64,000 bases of DNA from a virus (lineage: Duplodnaviria > Heunggongvirae > Uroviricota > Caudoviricetes), in IMG/VR virus record IMGVR_UViG_3300042894_001948. One strand, 5' to 3'. Positions 31,701 through 37,924 of this stretch are shown here, piece by piece. The position numbers and the translations under genes were made by a program. The notes under the pieces were generated by a model, which had not been told where the DNA came from, searched no databases, and saw nothing but the letters and a program-made list of their open reading frames with translations. How positions within the stretch are numbered: position 1 is the stretch's first letter; every line of letters starts with the position of its first letter.

Positions 31701-32315
31701 TTACTTGCACCGGCATACGGTGATACGATTACAACAACGAATAAATATAGTCAAGTACGGTTAACAGGACATGATTTCTTGTATATCGGAACAGGTAACC
31801 AATCAACTACTAACTTCCCATATGTAATTCCAACAACTGCAGATATTGCAAAACAAGAATTAGCAAGTGGCGGTGGTCGTGTGTTCTTTACGAGTACAGA
31901 TCAAGATGGTAACTTTAATGTAGGTAACTTGTTTGGCGTGCAACAATCAACAGGTACTGCAACATTAAATGCTAGTGCATTTAATTTATCAGGACTACAA
32001 AGTTTGCAATTAGGTTCAGTATCATTAGGAATTGGAAGTGCAGTAATTACGCAGTTCTCAACAGATCCGTATTTTACTGCAAATAGTGATAGTATTTTAC
32101 CTACACAACGAGCAATTAAATCATATATTACATCACAAATTGGTGGCGGTTTAAGTTCATTAAACGTAAATACATTAACAGCTGGTGTTGTGTATATTGC
32201 GAATAATACAATATCGACTACTAATGGTGGTCAAATAAACGTAACAGCTAAGATGAATTTCACAGGCGGCATTGACGGCGCGCCAGTTGCACTTTCATTC
32301 TTTATGCAACGATAA
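22749..32315 (+). CDS. Giant multidomain tail fibre/adhesin (3188 aa)
   Basis: Same architecture as 15125 (MAEFKLGR start, CBM-like repeats, RSPYVQNVTTFG, propeller repeats, GRVFFTSTDQDGNF) with extra helical repeats. Confidence 0.8.
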   Translation: MAEFKLGRIRFVWQGPWTTGTSYIVDDVVNRGGKSYICVVNHTAAASFTTDISTIPSKWNLVADGTSWRGDWLPSTAYEAGDQVKNGGIVYICSTGHTSATYVTPTYLGLEYDFSKWTVFASSFNWTGEWAPNSRYKLNDLIKYSGITYICNLNHISSASTTLGLEPDLSKWSVFSDGISYVGMWTTSTRYKLNDVVKYGADLWICTLFHTSSTFIDDSSNWSIFVAGIQFENSWNNGTTYQVGDIVTYGGYTYVAKTVHENKAPIANPNDWDVFTTGFNFRSDWDSTTAYKIGDVVRLHGYTYVALFDSTNDLPPSIVWSKLNSGISWTNNAQTYTSVSGTNVTGSGTGAQFNIVRSKTVYTITVTSGYAGTSYVTGNTIKILGSAVGGLSPVNDILITVTATSGEITDITWTGKSVTWTLGISYSLGDVVTFGANSYICSLTHTAVPSNRPDNDTSGTNWNALALGSDVNALTTQGDMLYYGQTGPTRLPVGIEGQILRVTNGYPTWSNYGLINNLVYVGPLGSDVAAPQAGLTIDKPWKSVRFACHQIEHGYQNPNAKSLILRNKQFIIKEVNNFLSYTYKVSITGTSGGALTSPNTAMLSVNMPIRFANTTGNVSISTTYYVKQILSSTLFTISTAVGGTAFTASGSGTNTGTFYYDQTKAERDAGIIVEAVAHDLSRLGTQKTTAAALAYFNTAGTTYITTTTGYEVLQFTSAVNYLSTLLGNVLTNTIPTFNYQILNGASVTAAQITDLTITAETGVVSTAQNLVSIVTTGLTSGSAAAVPTAIVPNTTISVKTGTYTEILPIVLPANTAIVGDELRNTVIQPALANPNIATSALKTQLALTRFKTVIPNLIANTTITPTSGNTTAQVTTLPAGSTGSLTAISNLKTSFDIVYGLVANGLGGESSIVRPLPTGYNTTLINVAYSASGNLTGNTTGYGDAITQIQQNYAFIAAEISAVIVGQGTVTSAFDAKGYRDTSYILDSLIYDLTYGGNSQSNIAGSSYYSLYVLSILSVDKTPFVTAITRLKTIISPIIQQTVLSTAQFIITQNVSGTAGSVNAGKFAEERLQNIINWINNGTSDTGVAPYTGWTSSELQTAYNALISQSSNIQSDAVSWCQKYFQSIPFSTTLAYRDAGLIINNLAYDMIFGTNFNAIQTGRLYNRATTREIALRSTNELKLTLGSINFMYYKAKQIAASGASVQLQTTIDDISNFLTGGASPPNITMPQPALPASSYTGVPGTVISGGGDGFAAFTINRITNTNGYYAYTVTPTSAGANYTTSSKIKILGTSIGGATPVNDIVLNVTRVTTGGVVAATYSDAIAAAGLIESNRQFVLAEIIAYIDTNYSSITTDSTYSVTKTQRDASYILDAIKFDLMYGGNWASQNAGMSYYSALYGTQITSGFTTAFVNTVGYISTLLQLIVIGNTVSSPLQVVIPQVVPPITQIVGALKDATQIAALTTIITNFITNGLTNGAPVVTVTTIATLDTFTSNGHGLNNGDIVIPQATSNGLVSTVIGYGTQYFVVSSNTNTFKLSASYNGAALTTFTNGTGLSIKLQKIVMPSLTWVNSTGIAAYTAVTSLISTYQTSVVTYLTTNFSALQYLSLYVSRDVNSVVIATLLDMLLGSNYAGIHTGRAYNRLQDYKVQGYEKTATIASLNYLETLLSSTLSSSVYSSQLSRIDTSIYLIIKMLEFGSGILPEINGTVTYNNNLGIIKGSEILRANIPFLTAEAVALYKTRFGGNVTTTTTGSNEITTSAAHNFVVNDPVVFSGVSTSGLVVNTTYYVLTVTSPTTFTVTAVAGYLNSNQGTVYPPVSVTSSSPTGFTVAYSFSPNKVITDLTYLLNGIVYDLQYTGNYKSLRYVELFKNEINGSQASNMLLVRNGTGLRNLTTSGLVGTLTNPNAYGTKRPTAGAYVSLDPGFGPNDSNSWIITRSPYVQNVTTFGTGCVGLKIDGALHNGGNRSVVANDYTQVLSDGIGVWCTGNNSLTELVSVFSYYGYSGYLAELGGRIRATNGNSSYGTWGVIAEGTDVTELPITCILDNHSQQAQISNVFTDGTNKVLRLEYSNAGSNYTNTVMTISGSGYNIAATADEFRDAAVFETRIIDLNDGNGYGGTNYGTAINAAQNGTSTYITIAATDIALSTAYTGMRIQLTAGSGVGQYGNILSYNNGTKIALVYKDSFTNLTVTATAITNNLLTVASTAKMYVGMPIYLNTTGNGLTANTLYYVIAANFSSTQFAVSTVLGGSAVTITATGSGLTVTLYAAGWDHVVAGTAIVSTLDLTTQYSIEPRISYTDPGYAATARTLSTTGTWGAATYGNSRYISIATATSNLTQYSNDGKTWAAGGTLPSSANWANVVYGGGQGATAYAVIGGLGGSGAILTAVLGSANSVGAPGADQVLSVTIVNGGVGYYTAPTIVFTPVSGGTGAIATCAVLNGSITSVTIISNGTAYAVAPTISAATDRVTKLVVTAWGTGYTSAPTVTLSGGGSSNQATGTAVLTNNGVSSITIGNNGGSGYTSTPTVSFVDPTAKYVTIASNVAAAAFLSASSTATTNWTASTTVPQAYADIAYGNGVYVAVGGTSGAASTTDAVTWVSRTIPTLGAGTYSAVAYGNGYFVAISTGNLVTAISTNGLSWSAGGSLLSNTTWTSVTYGNGRFVAVASGARVTAFSIDNGTTWTTSASLPPGGNAWSTIRYGQGVFFVIAQSSTSAATSPDGINWTLRTMPGTSTNWKGLAFGSISRNPLWVATSATSGTTAASIRTGAQTLGRMKALSGILSEIRIIEPGSGYPKGTVTASTITTNLITVDNTENLIDRQPVVFTETGASGLTAGVTYYVIGSTITSTQFKVSATAGSATAITLINSTLTGTYRAGPILTQTDPNKVITAALTVRTGDGALGNPSFSNRGTSNTTATAITLGDGYADLYQPSTYITVNNLFSVPQAGSNISFASIPNTWYKLVSVGNVLGNAGEYSATFQISPGLSVLLAPAYGDTITTTNKYSQVRLTGHDFLYIGTGNQSTTNFPYVIPTTADIAKQELASGGGRVFFTSTDQDGNFNVGNLFGVQQSTGTATLNASAFNLSGLQSLQLGSVSLGIGSAVITQFSTDPYFTANSDSILPTQRAIKSYITSQIGGGLSSLNVNTLTAGVVYIANNTISTTNGGQINVTAKMNFTGGIDGAPVALSFFMQR

Positions 32316-32330
32316 TGGAGAAATAAATTA

Positions 32331-32651
32331 ATGGCAACAGGAAGACTTAGCAATTTTGCAATTGCTGCAACAACTAATACAACAGTGTATACCGTACCAA
32401 CCGGATATTACACTGTTTGTAATGTATCGTTAACAAACAGAAATGCAACTGCAATTAAAATAAGAGTAGCAATTGCATCAATTGCTACTCCTAACGTACA
32501 AGAATGGATTGAATATGACACAGTAGTTGTTCCTAATGGTGTGTTTGAAAGAACAGGTTTAGTGCTAAATGCTGGACTAAATATAGTAGTATATTCAGAT
32601 ACCGCAGGTGTTGGTTGTACAGTATACGGTATTGAAACATCAACTACGTAA
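32331..32651 (+). CDS. Small beta-sandwich virion protein, paralogue 3 of 3
   Basis: VYTVP..VSLTNRN..VVPNGVFERTGLVL; similar to 5489 and 14375. Confidence 0.65.
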   Translation: MATGRLSNFAIAATTNTTVYTVPTGYYTVCNVSLTNRNATAIKIRVAIASIATPNVQEWIEYDTVVVPNGVFERTGLVLNAGLNIVVYSDTAGVGCTVYGIETSTT

Positions 32652-32670
32652 ATATTAGAGAGATAAAGAT

Positions 32671-33993
32671 ATGGCAAGATTTAATACAGCAGCACCGTCG
32701 TTAAGTGTTACTGGTGCAATTGTTTTCACATATGCATTCACATCTGGGTTAATAACACTAAGCGGAACTTCTGGTTATACTGTAACACTCGCTAGCCCTG
32801 TAGCAGTCCCAGGAACAGTGCAGACATTTTACAACGCAACGGGTGGTAACGTAACAATTTCTACCCCAAATGGCAATATTATTGGTAATGGGTTAACTGC
32901 TGCAACTTCGCAAACATTGCCAAATGTTTCTACTTTTGGCTTGCAATCGGATGGTACAAATTATGTATTAACTGATAACCAAGGCGGTCCAGTGGCAGTA
33001 ACTACGTTTACTGCTAGTGGTAACATTAGTGCAATTACTAGTAATCAAACAGTTACATTAAGTCCAACTGGAACAGGCACTGTTACAATTAGTCCAGCAG
33101 GTGCAACTACATTAGGTACCGCTAGCATTACTACTAATTTATATGGTAACATTAGTGCAATTACTAGTAATCAAACAGTTACATTAAGTCCAACTGGAAC
33201 AGGTACTGTTACAATTAGTCCAGCAGGTGCAGTTACTATAGCACCTACTACTGTTGGTAGCATCAATAATATAAATATTGGTGCTAGTACACGAGGTTCT
33301 GGAGCATTTTCAACATTAGGTGCAAACAGTACTGTTACATTTACTGGTGCAATTTCTGCAGATACTGGAACTAATAATCAAAGTATTACTACAACTGGCG
33401 CCGGTACTATAACAATTACATCAGGTACAACCGGTAATATTAATAATATGAATATCGGTGCTACTACTGCAGGTACAGGTAGATTTAGTACAGTAACATC
33501 GACAATTGCTACTGGTACTGCTCCATTTACTGTTACATCAACAACTAATGTTGCTAATTTAAATGCTAGTTCGTTAAATGGAGCAACATTTGCTGCACCT
33601 GGATCAATCGGTTCAACTACTGCAAGTTCTGGAGCATTTTCATCATTATCTGCTAACAACGGGTTAACTGTTTCTGCTGGAACATCAACATTTTCTGCAG
33701 CAGTATCTGTTCCTACTCCTACAGCCGGCGGCCATGCAGCAAATAAAACATATGTAGATGCTGCAAATCCAACCCCAACTAAAGCTATCTCGTCATATGT
33801 TACGTTTTATACAACTGGTGTATATACCGGATTAGTATCAACAGAAGTTGATGGTGCAGTTAGTAGATCAAATTTTACATATGATACACAAAAAAGAGTA
33901 ACTAGTTACAGTGAATTATATAACAGTGTAACTAAAACAGTAACTATAACGTATGCAGCAGCAGGCGGTATTTCAACAGTAACTGCAGTATAA
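32671..33993 (+). CDS. Tail fibre shaft protein
   Basis: Thr/Gly-rich, with INNxNIGA..GxFS, GTAPFTVTSTTNVANLNA and PT..HAANKTYVD fibre motifs. Confidence 0.75.
   Translation: MARFNTAAPSLSVTGAIVFTYAFTSGLITLSGTSGYTVTLASPVAVPGTVQTFYNATGGNVTISTPNGNIIGNGLTAATSQTLPNVSTFGLQSDGTNYVLTDNQGGPVAVTTFTASGNISAITSNQTVTLSPTGTGTVTISPAGATTLGTASITTNLYGNISAITSNQTVTLSPTGTGTVTISPAGAVTIAPTTVGSINNINIGASTRGSGAFSTLGANSTVTFTGAISADTGTNNQSITTTGAGTITITSGTTGNINNMNIGATTAGTGRFSTVTSTIATGTAPFTVTSTTNVANLNASSLNGATFAAPGSIGSTTASSGAFSSLSANNGLTVSAGTSTFSAAVSVPTPTAGGHAANKTYVDAANPTPTKAISSYVTFYTTGVYTGLVSTEVDGAVSRSNFTYDTQKRVTSYSELYNSVTKTVTITYAAAGGISTVTAV
33018..33231 (+). repeat. 88-bp intragenic direct repeat (33018-33105 and 33144-33231)
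   Basis: One mismatch; offset 126 bp, in frame; encodes GNISAITSNQTVTLSPTGTGTVTISPAGA twice. Confidence 0.95.
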
Positions 33994-34005
33994 GGATAAC
34001 AACAA

Positions 34006-35085
34006 ATGACAATTGACGTTTTAACATTAAATGCGTATTTAGAAGAAAATCAAACATTATTAAATTCAGGCGAGTACACAGCTGCATACTCAGCTGCGTA
34101 TGCAACTGCATACTCAAGTGGTTGTATAGCTGCAGCCAGTTCGTTCCTTCAATCGCAAATTAATCAAACACCGTGTAATGTATCATTATGGTGTTCTATT
34201 CCGATGATGACCGGTGGCGTGACGGGAACCGTATTAGTTTGCGATACAAGTGGCTATTTTCGATGTGGTGCATCGTGTTCGTGGACAGTACCAAACGGGA
34301 TAACCTGCGCACAATTTCAAATGTGGGGTGCAGGCGGCGGCAGCAATGCCGGATGCTGTTGTGGTGGCGCAAACAATGGCGGAACAGGTGCGTATGTATC
34401 TGTTATTATGCCAGTTACTGCTGGTACTGTATATACATTATGTGCAGGGTGTGCGACTTGCTGTTACCCAACACCCGGCAGTAGCTATTGCGGCCGCGGA
34501 TGTGCATCCTATGTAACCGGTACTGGAATGTGTAATGTATGTGCCGAAGGTGGCGCCAATTTTCACTGGCAATCAATATTAGATCAAGGGTGTTACGGAT
34601 CAGCTGGTGGCGGTTATTGGTGTACTATTGAATACTATCCAAATAGTGGTACTACTGCCGGCCCATGTGTTTGTGGTAGTAATAATTATTGCAGTAACTC
34701 ATGCGCTACATGCGGCGAAGTCGTAGTTCATAGAAACTCACTAGTTAATTTTTATGGATGTGCAACAAACGGAAAACTTATGGGCATTCCGGGACTACAT
34801 GGTGGGTTATGTCTGGACACTAACCAATATGGACATTTTACGAATCCGCCAGTAATTAATACAACGCATACCGGGGCATTTGACAGCGCGAGCAATTGCG
34901 GCTGTCGAGTATGTTTTACTAGTGAAAATAATTTAGGAGGCTGTCTATGCAGTGGCGGAATAAATGGTACGTCAGTTCAACAATTTCCCGGAGCAGGCGG
35001 TTTTGCGCATCATGCAATGGGCGGAAATACTACCGGCTGTGGCGATGCAGGGCGTATGGGTATGGTACGTGTTACTTACAGATAA
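34006..35085 (+). CDS. Cys-rich, Gly-rich-domain protein (putative distal fibre/receptor-binding), paralogue A
   Basis: WTVP..FQMWGAGGG..GGTGAY..GMVRVTY framework of glycine-rich fibre-tip domains; about 33 Cys in 359 aa. Confidence 0.65.
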   Translation: MTIDVLTLNAYLEENQTLLNSGEYTAAYSAAYATAYSSGCIAAASSFLQSQINQTPCNVSLWCSIPMMTGGVTGTVLVCDTSGYFRCGASCSWTVPNGITCAQFQMWGAGGGSNAGCCCGGANNGGTGAYVSVIMPVTAGTVYTLCAGCATCCYPTPGSSYCGRGCASYVTGTGMCNVCAEGGANFHWQSILDQGCYGSAGGGYWCTIEYYPNSGTTAGPCVCGSNNYCSNSCATCGEVVVHRNSLVNFYGCATNGKLMGIPGLHGGLCLDTNQYGHFTNPPVINTTHTGAFDSASNCGCRVCFTSENNLGGCLCSGGINGTSVQQFPGAGGFAHHAMGGNTTGCGDAGRMGMVRVTYR

Positions 35086-35100
35086 AATATAGGAATAATA

Positions 35101-35757
35101 ATGAAACAGAAATTTACACAAAAAATACCAAACGAAATTTATATCGATGACTTTTCAGATAATAAAGTTATGGAATTAGAATACAATGGACCAGATACAC
35201 TGTTATTAGAAGTTGACGGTAATGGGACTGCATTTAAAATTGTTGAAGAAGCAAGACCGATGCTTGAACCGACATCATATATGTATCATATTGAATTAAA
35301 TGCTGCAGATGCAATTGAAGCAGCACATTATATTTACACGCATGCTGATGAGCATATTTATGAGAATATTGATATTCCAAATCCAGATGGGTCAATTTAT
35401 ATTGCAGTTTCAAATCCAAGAATTCAAGATTACTATCGATTAACTTATCAACCGGCTGGGTTAGATATGCCAGGAATTTGGCATTTTAATCTAATTACTA
35501 GAAGTATGCATTCAACTATCGAATTAAAAGTAATAAATGATTATAACAATGCTAAGAAAAAATTATCACCGATTTTATTAACTGCCGAAACACAGACTGC
35601 GTTTGATGATTATACTGCAAAGGTAGAAGCATGGATTGCAGATACAGCAGATTTATGTCCATGGAAATATATTGAATTTCCTGCAGGAGACATACCAAAA
35701 TTACCATTAGTTCTTATTAGGTTAATTGCAGAATTAGATTCGTACGGGGTTGTATAA
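35101..35757 (+). CDS. Hypothetical protein, possible tail-fibre assembly chaperone
   Basis: Lies between the two Cys-rich genes; acidic; helical C-terminus with PWKYIEFP reminiscent of Tfa-type chaperones. Confidence 0.45.
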   Translation: MKQKFTQKIPNEIYIDDFSDNKVMELEYNGPDTLLLEVDGNGTAFKIVEEARPMLEPTSYMYHIELNAADAIEAAHYIYTHADEHIYENIDIPNPDGSIYIAVSNPRIQDYYRLTYQPAGLDMPGIWHFNLITRSMHSTIELKVINDYNNAKKKLSPILLTAETQTAFDDYTAKVEAWIADTADLCPWKYIEFPAGDIPKLPLVLIRLIAELDSYGVV

Positions 35758-36833
35758 TGTCTAGTGTATTAATATACAATGCAATCAAACAAAATTTTGC
35801 GTATAATCGATCAGCATCAACAGCTGCAATTACTACAATTGCACAATCTGCAGGTACTGCTGCAGGTATTGCTGCCGGCGGTGGTCCGTCAACATGCTTA
35901 ACAGCAGCGAATGTGGGTAATCAAATTGGTTTCTCACCATCTACTAGTATAGAAACTTGGAAAACTATTCCACGGTTAGCTGGATATACTGGAAGCATAG
36001 CAGTATGTGATACAAGTGGCTATTTTCGATGTGGTGCATCATGCACATGGACAGTACCTACAGGAGTAACATGTGCTGACTTTCAACTATGGGGACCTGG
36101 TAGTGGTACTGGTACTAATTGCTGTTGTGGCGGTGCACCGCATGGCCCAACTGGCGCGTTTGCATCGGTTGTTATGCCAGTTACTGCTGGTTCTGTATAT
36201 ACAATATGTGCAGGGTGTGCGTATTGCTGTTATGCATCACAAACAACTCCAGGATTGTGTGGTGGACCATCATATGTAACTGGTCCAGGCCTAAATAATT
36301 TCTGCGCAGATTCCGGTATAAGTTGTGTATGTAATTGGCGGGCAAGTTTACCCGGTCCAGCTAGCGGAACACTAGGATGGGGATTAACATATCCAGGTGG
36401 CAGCGGTTGTCAATTCCCAAGTGGTAATAATTGTGGACCTGAATCATGCAGTGGATGGAATTTTTGTTGGGATAGTTTAAACGATTCAGTAACAATACAA
36501 GATTTTTCATTTAGTTGTGTAACAAGATTCTATGGTACTGCTACCGGTAGTTGTGTATACGGTTTAGCCGGAATGTATCCTAAGTTCATGATTAGTGAAA
36601 CTATGTGCGGTATTTCAGTTGCAGCACCGGTCTATGGATTTGAAAATTCAACACAGTGTATATATTGTTGGAATGGAAACACTTGTGCAGGTTGTATGGC
36701 TGCTCCAATGTGCGGTTCTGGATTTCTAAGAAATCCAGGAAGTGGTGGTTATGCTAGTTCAGTATATGGCGGGTGTAATGCATGTTACGGTGATTCGGGG
36801 CGAATGGGAATGGTTTGCGTTAGATTCAAATAA
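35757..36833 (+). CDS. Cys-rich, Gly-rich-domain protein, paralogue B
   Basis: Shares VCDTSGYFRCGASC.WTVP, CCCGGA, CAGCA.CCY and GRMGMV with 34006; about 31 Cys in 358 aa. Confidence 0.65.
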   Translation: MSSVLIYNAIKQNFAYNRSASTAAITTIAQSAGTAAGIAAGGGPSTCLTAANVGNQIGFSPSTSIETWKTIPRLAGYTGSIAVCDTSGYFRCGASCTWTVPTGVTCADFQLWGPGSGTGTNCCCGGAPHGPTGAFASVVMPVTAGSVYTICAGCAYCCYASQTTPGLCGGPSYVTGPGLNNFCADSGISCVCNWRASLPGPASGTLGWGLTYPGGSGCQFPSGNNCGPESCSGWNFCWDSLNDSVTIQDFSFSCVTRFYGTATGSCVYGLAGMYPKFMISETMCGISVAAPVYGFENSTQCIYCWNGNTCAGCMAAPMCGSGFLRNPGSGGYASSVYGGCNACYGDSGRMGMVCVRFK

Positions 36834-36890
36834 TTTTTTGAGGGATATACTTCACAACTAAATAACAGAAACATTTAATGTAGGTATATT

Positions 36891-37883
36891 ATGAAAAAAG
36901 CATTTTTTATTAGCGGCGGAGCCGGAAGAGTATTATGTGCAATCCCAGCACTTGAAAAGTTTGCAAAAACTAACCCAGAATTTATTATTGTTGCAGAAGG
37001 ATGGCCTGAATGCTTTTCAGGCCATCCATTATTGCAAGACAAAGTTTTTAATGTTTCTCACAAAAATTTATTTGAACAACATCTAAAAGATTGTGAACTT
37101 ATCACCCCTGAACCATATCGGTTAAATCAATATTTCACACAGCAATGTGATCTTATTCAGGCATTTGACATTTTAATAAATGGCGAATCATCAGATCCAA
37201 CAACTTATAATATTACTATTGATCTAAGTAAAAAAGAACAGATCACAGGTTATAATATTGTTGACGAGGTACGATCAGTTAAGAAAAAAGAAAAAGTCAT
37301 TGTATTACAGCCATTTGGCAGTACTGCGCATCAACAAGGAAAATTTATTTTTGATACATCTGGTAGAAGTTTTGAATTATCAGACATTTATAAATTAATT
37401 GAATCATTAACAAAGAGCTATGCTGTTATTCTCATGTCCCCAATTGACATTCCGTCGACTACTGACTTAGGGATAGCACATCCTAAAAATTTAGATTTAC
37501 GATCATGGATGGGCATTATTAATGCCGCTGATTATTTTATTGGTTGTGACAGTGTTGGTCAACACATTGCTTATGCATTAAAAAAACCAAGTACTATTGT
37601 TATCGGGGCTACATTTCCAGAAAACATTTCGTATCCTAAATGTCCATATTTTACAATTGTTGATAATGGCATAAACAAAAGAAAATATTCTCCTATTAGG
37701 ATTACAATGGATGAGTCAGGTGATCGTATAAATGAGAATCTAATGATTTTAGATAACGCAGTGTTTAGTAAAATTATCGATTCAGTAAACAAGAAATTAT
37801 CTGTAAACAAAAAACCAAGTAATGTACAAGAGTTGCCTAGACAAATAAACCCACCGTTTACAAAAAAAAAGTTGACAGCATAA
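36891..37883 (+). CDS. Glycosyltransferase, GT-B fold, family 9 (heptosyltransferase)-like
   Basis: N-terminal GGAGRVLCAIPAL, VIVLQPFGS, and LRSWMGIINAADYFIGCDSVGQHIAYALKKP match the GT9 pattern. Confidence 0.8.
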   Translation: MKKAFFISGGAGRVLCAIPALEKFAKTNPEFIIVAEGWPECFSGHPLLQDKVFNVSHKNLFEQHLKDCELITPEPYRLNQYFTQQCDLIQAFDILINGESSDPTTYNITIDLSKKEQITGYNIVDEVRSVKKKEKVIVLQPFGSTAHQQGKFIFDTSGRSFELSDIYKLIESLTKSYAVILMSPIDIPSTTDLGIAHPKNLDLRSWMGIINAADYFIGCDSVGQHIAYALKKPSTIVIGATFPENISYPKCPYFTIVDNGINKRKYSPIRITMDESGDRINENLMILDNAVFSKIIDSVNKKLSVNKKPSNVQELPRQINPPFTKKKLTA

Positions 37884-37900
37884 GATAATAACTGTATAAT
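37872..37900 (+). promoter_or_regulatory. Sigma70-type promoter, perfect consensus
   Basis: TTGACA (37872)-17 bp-TATAAT (37895), with an A-tract upstream. Confidence 0.8.
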
Positions 37901-37924
37901 AACAGTTTTTTACAAGGATAAAAT

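Noticed and set aside
34243-36232. Diversity-generating retroelement TR/VR pair
   Set aside because: No reverse transcriptase in the window, both copies lie mid-gene in coding paralogues, and mismatches are not polarised to adenines of one copy.
37862-37883. A_AAA_AAG frameshift at the end of the glycosyltransferase
   Set aside because: The -1 frame stops almost at once (AGT TGA); the A-tract is better explained as a promoter UP element.
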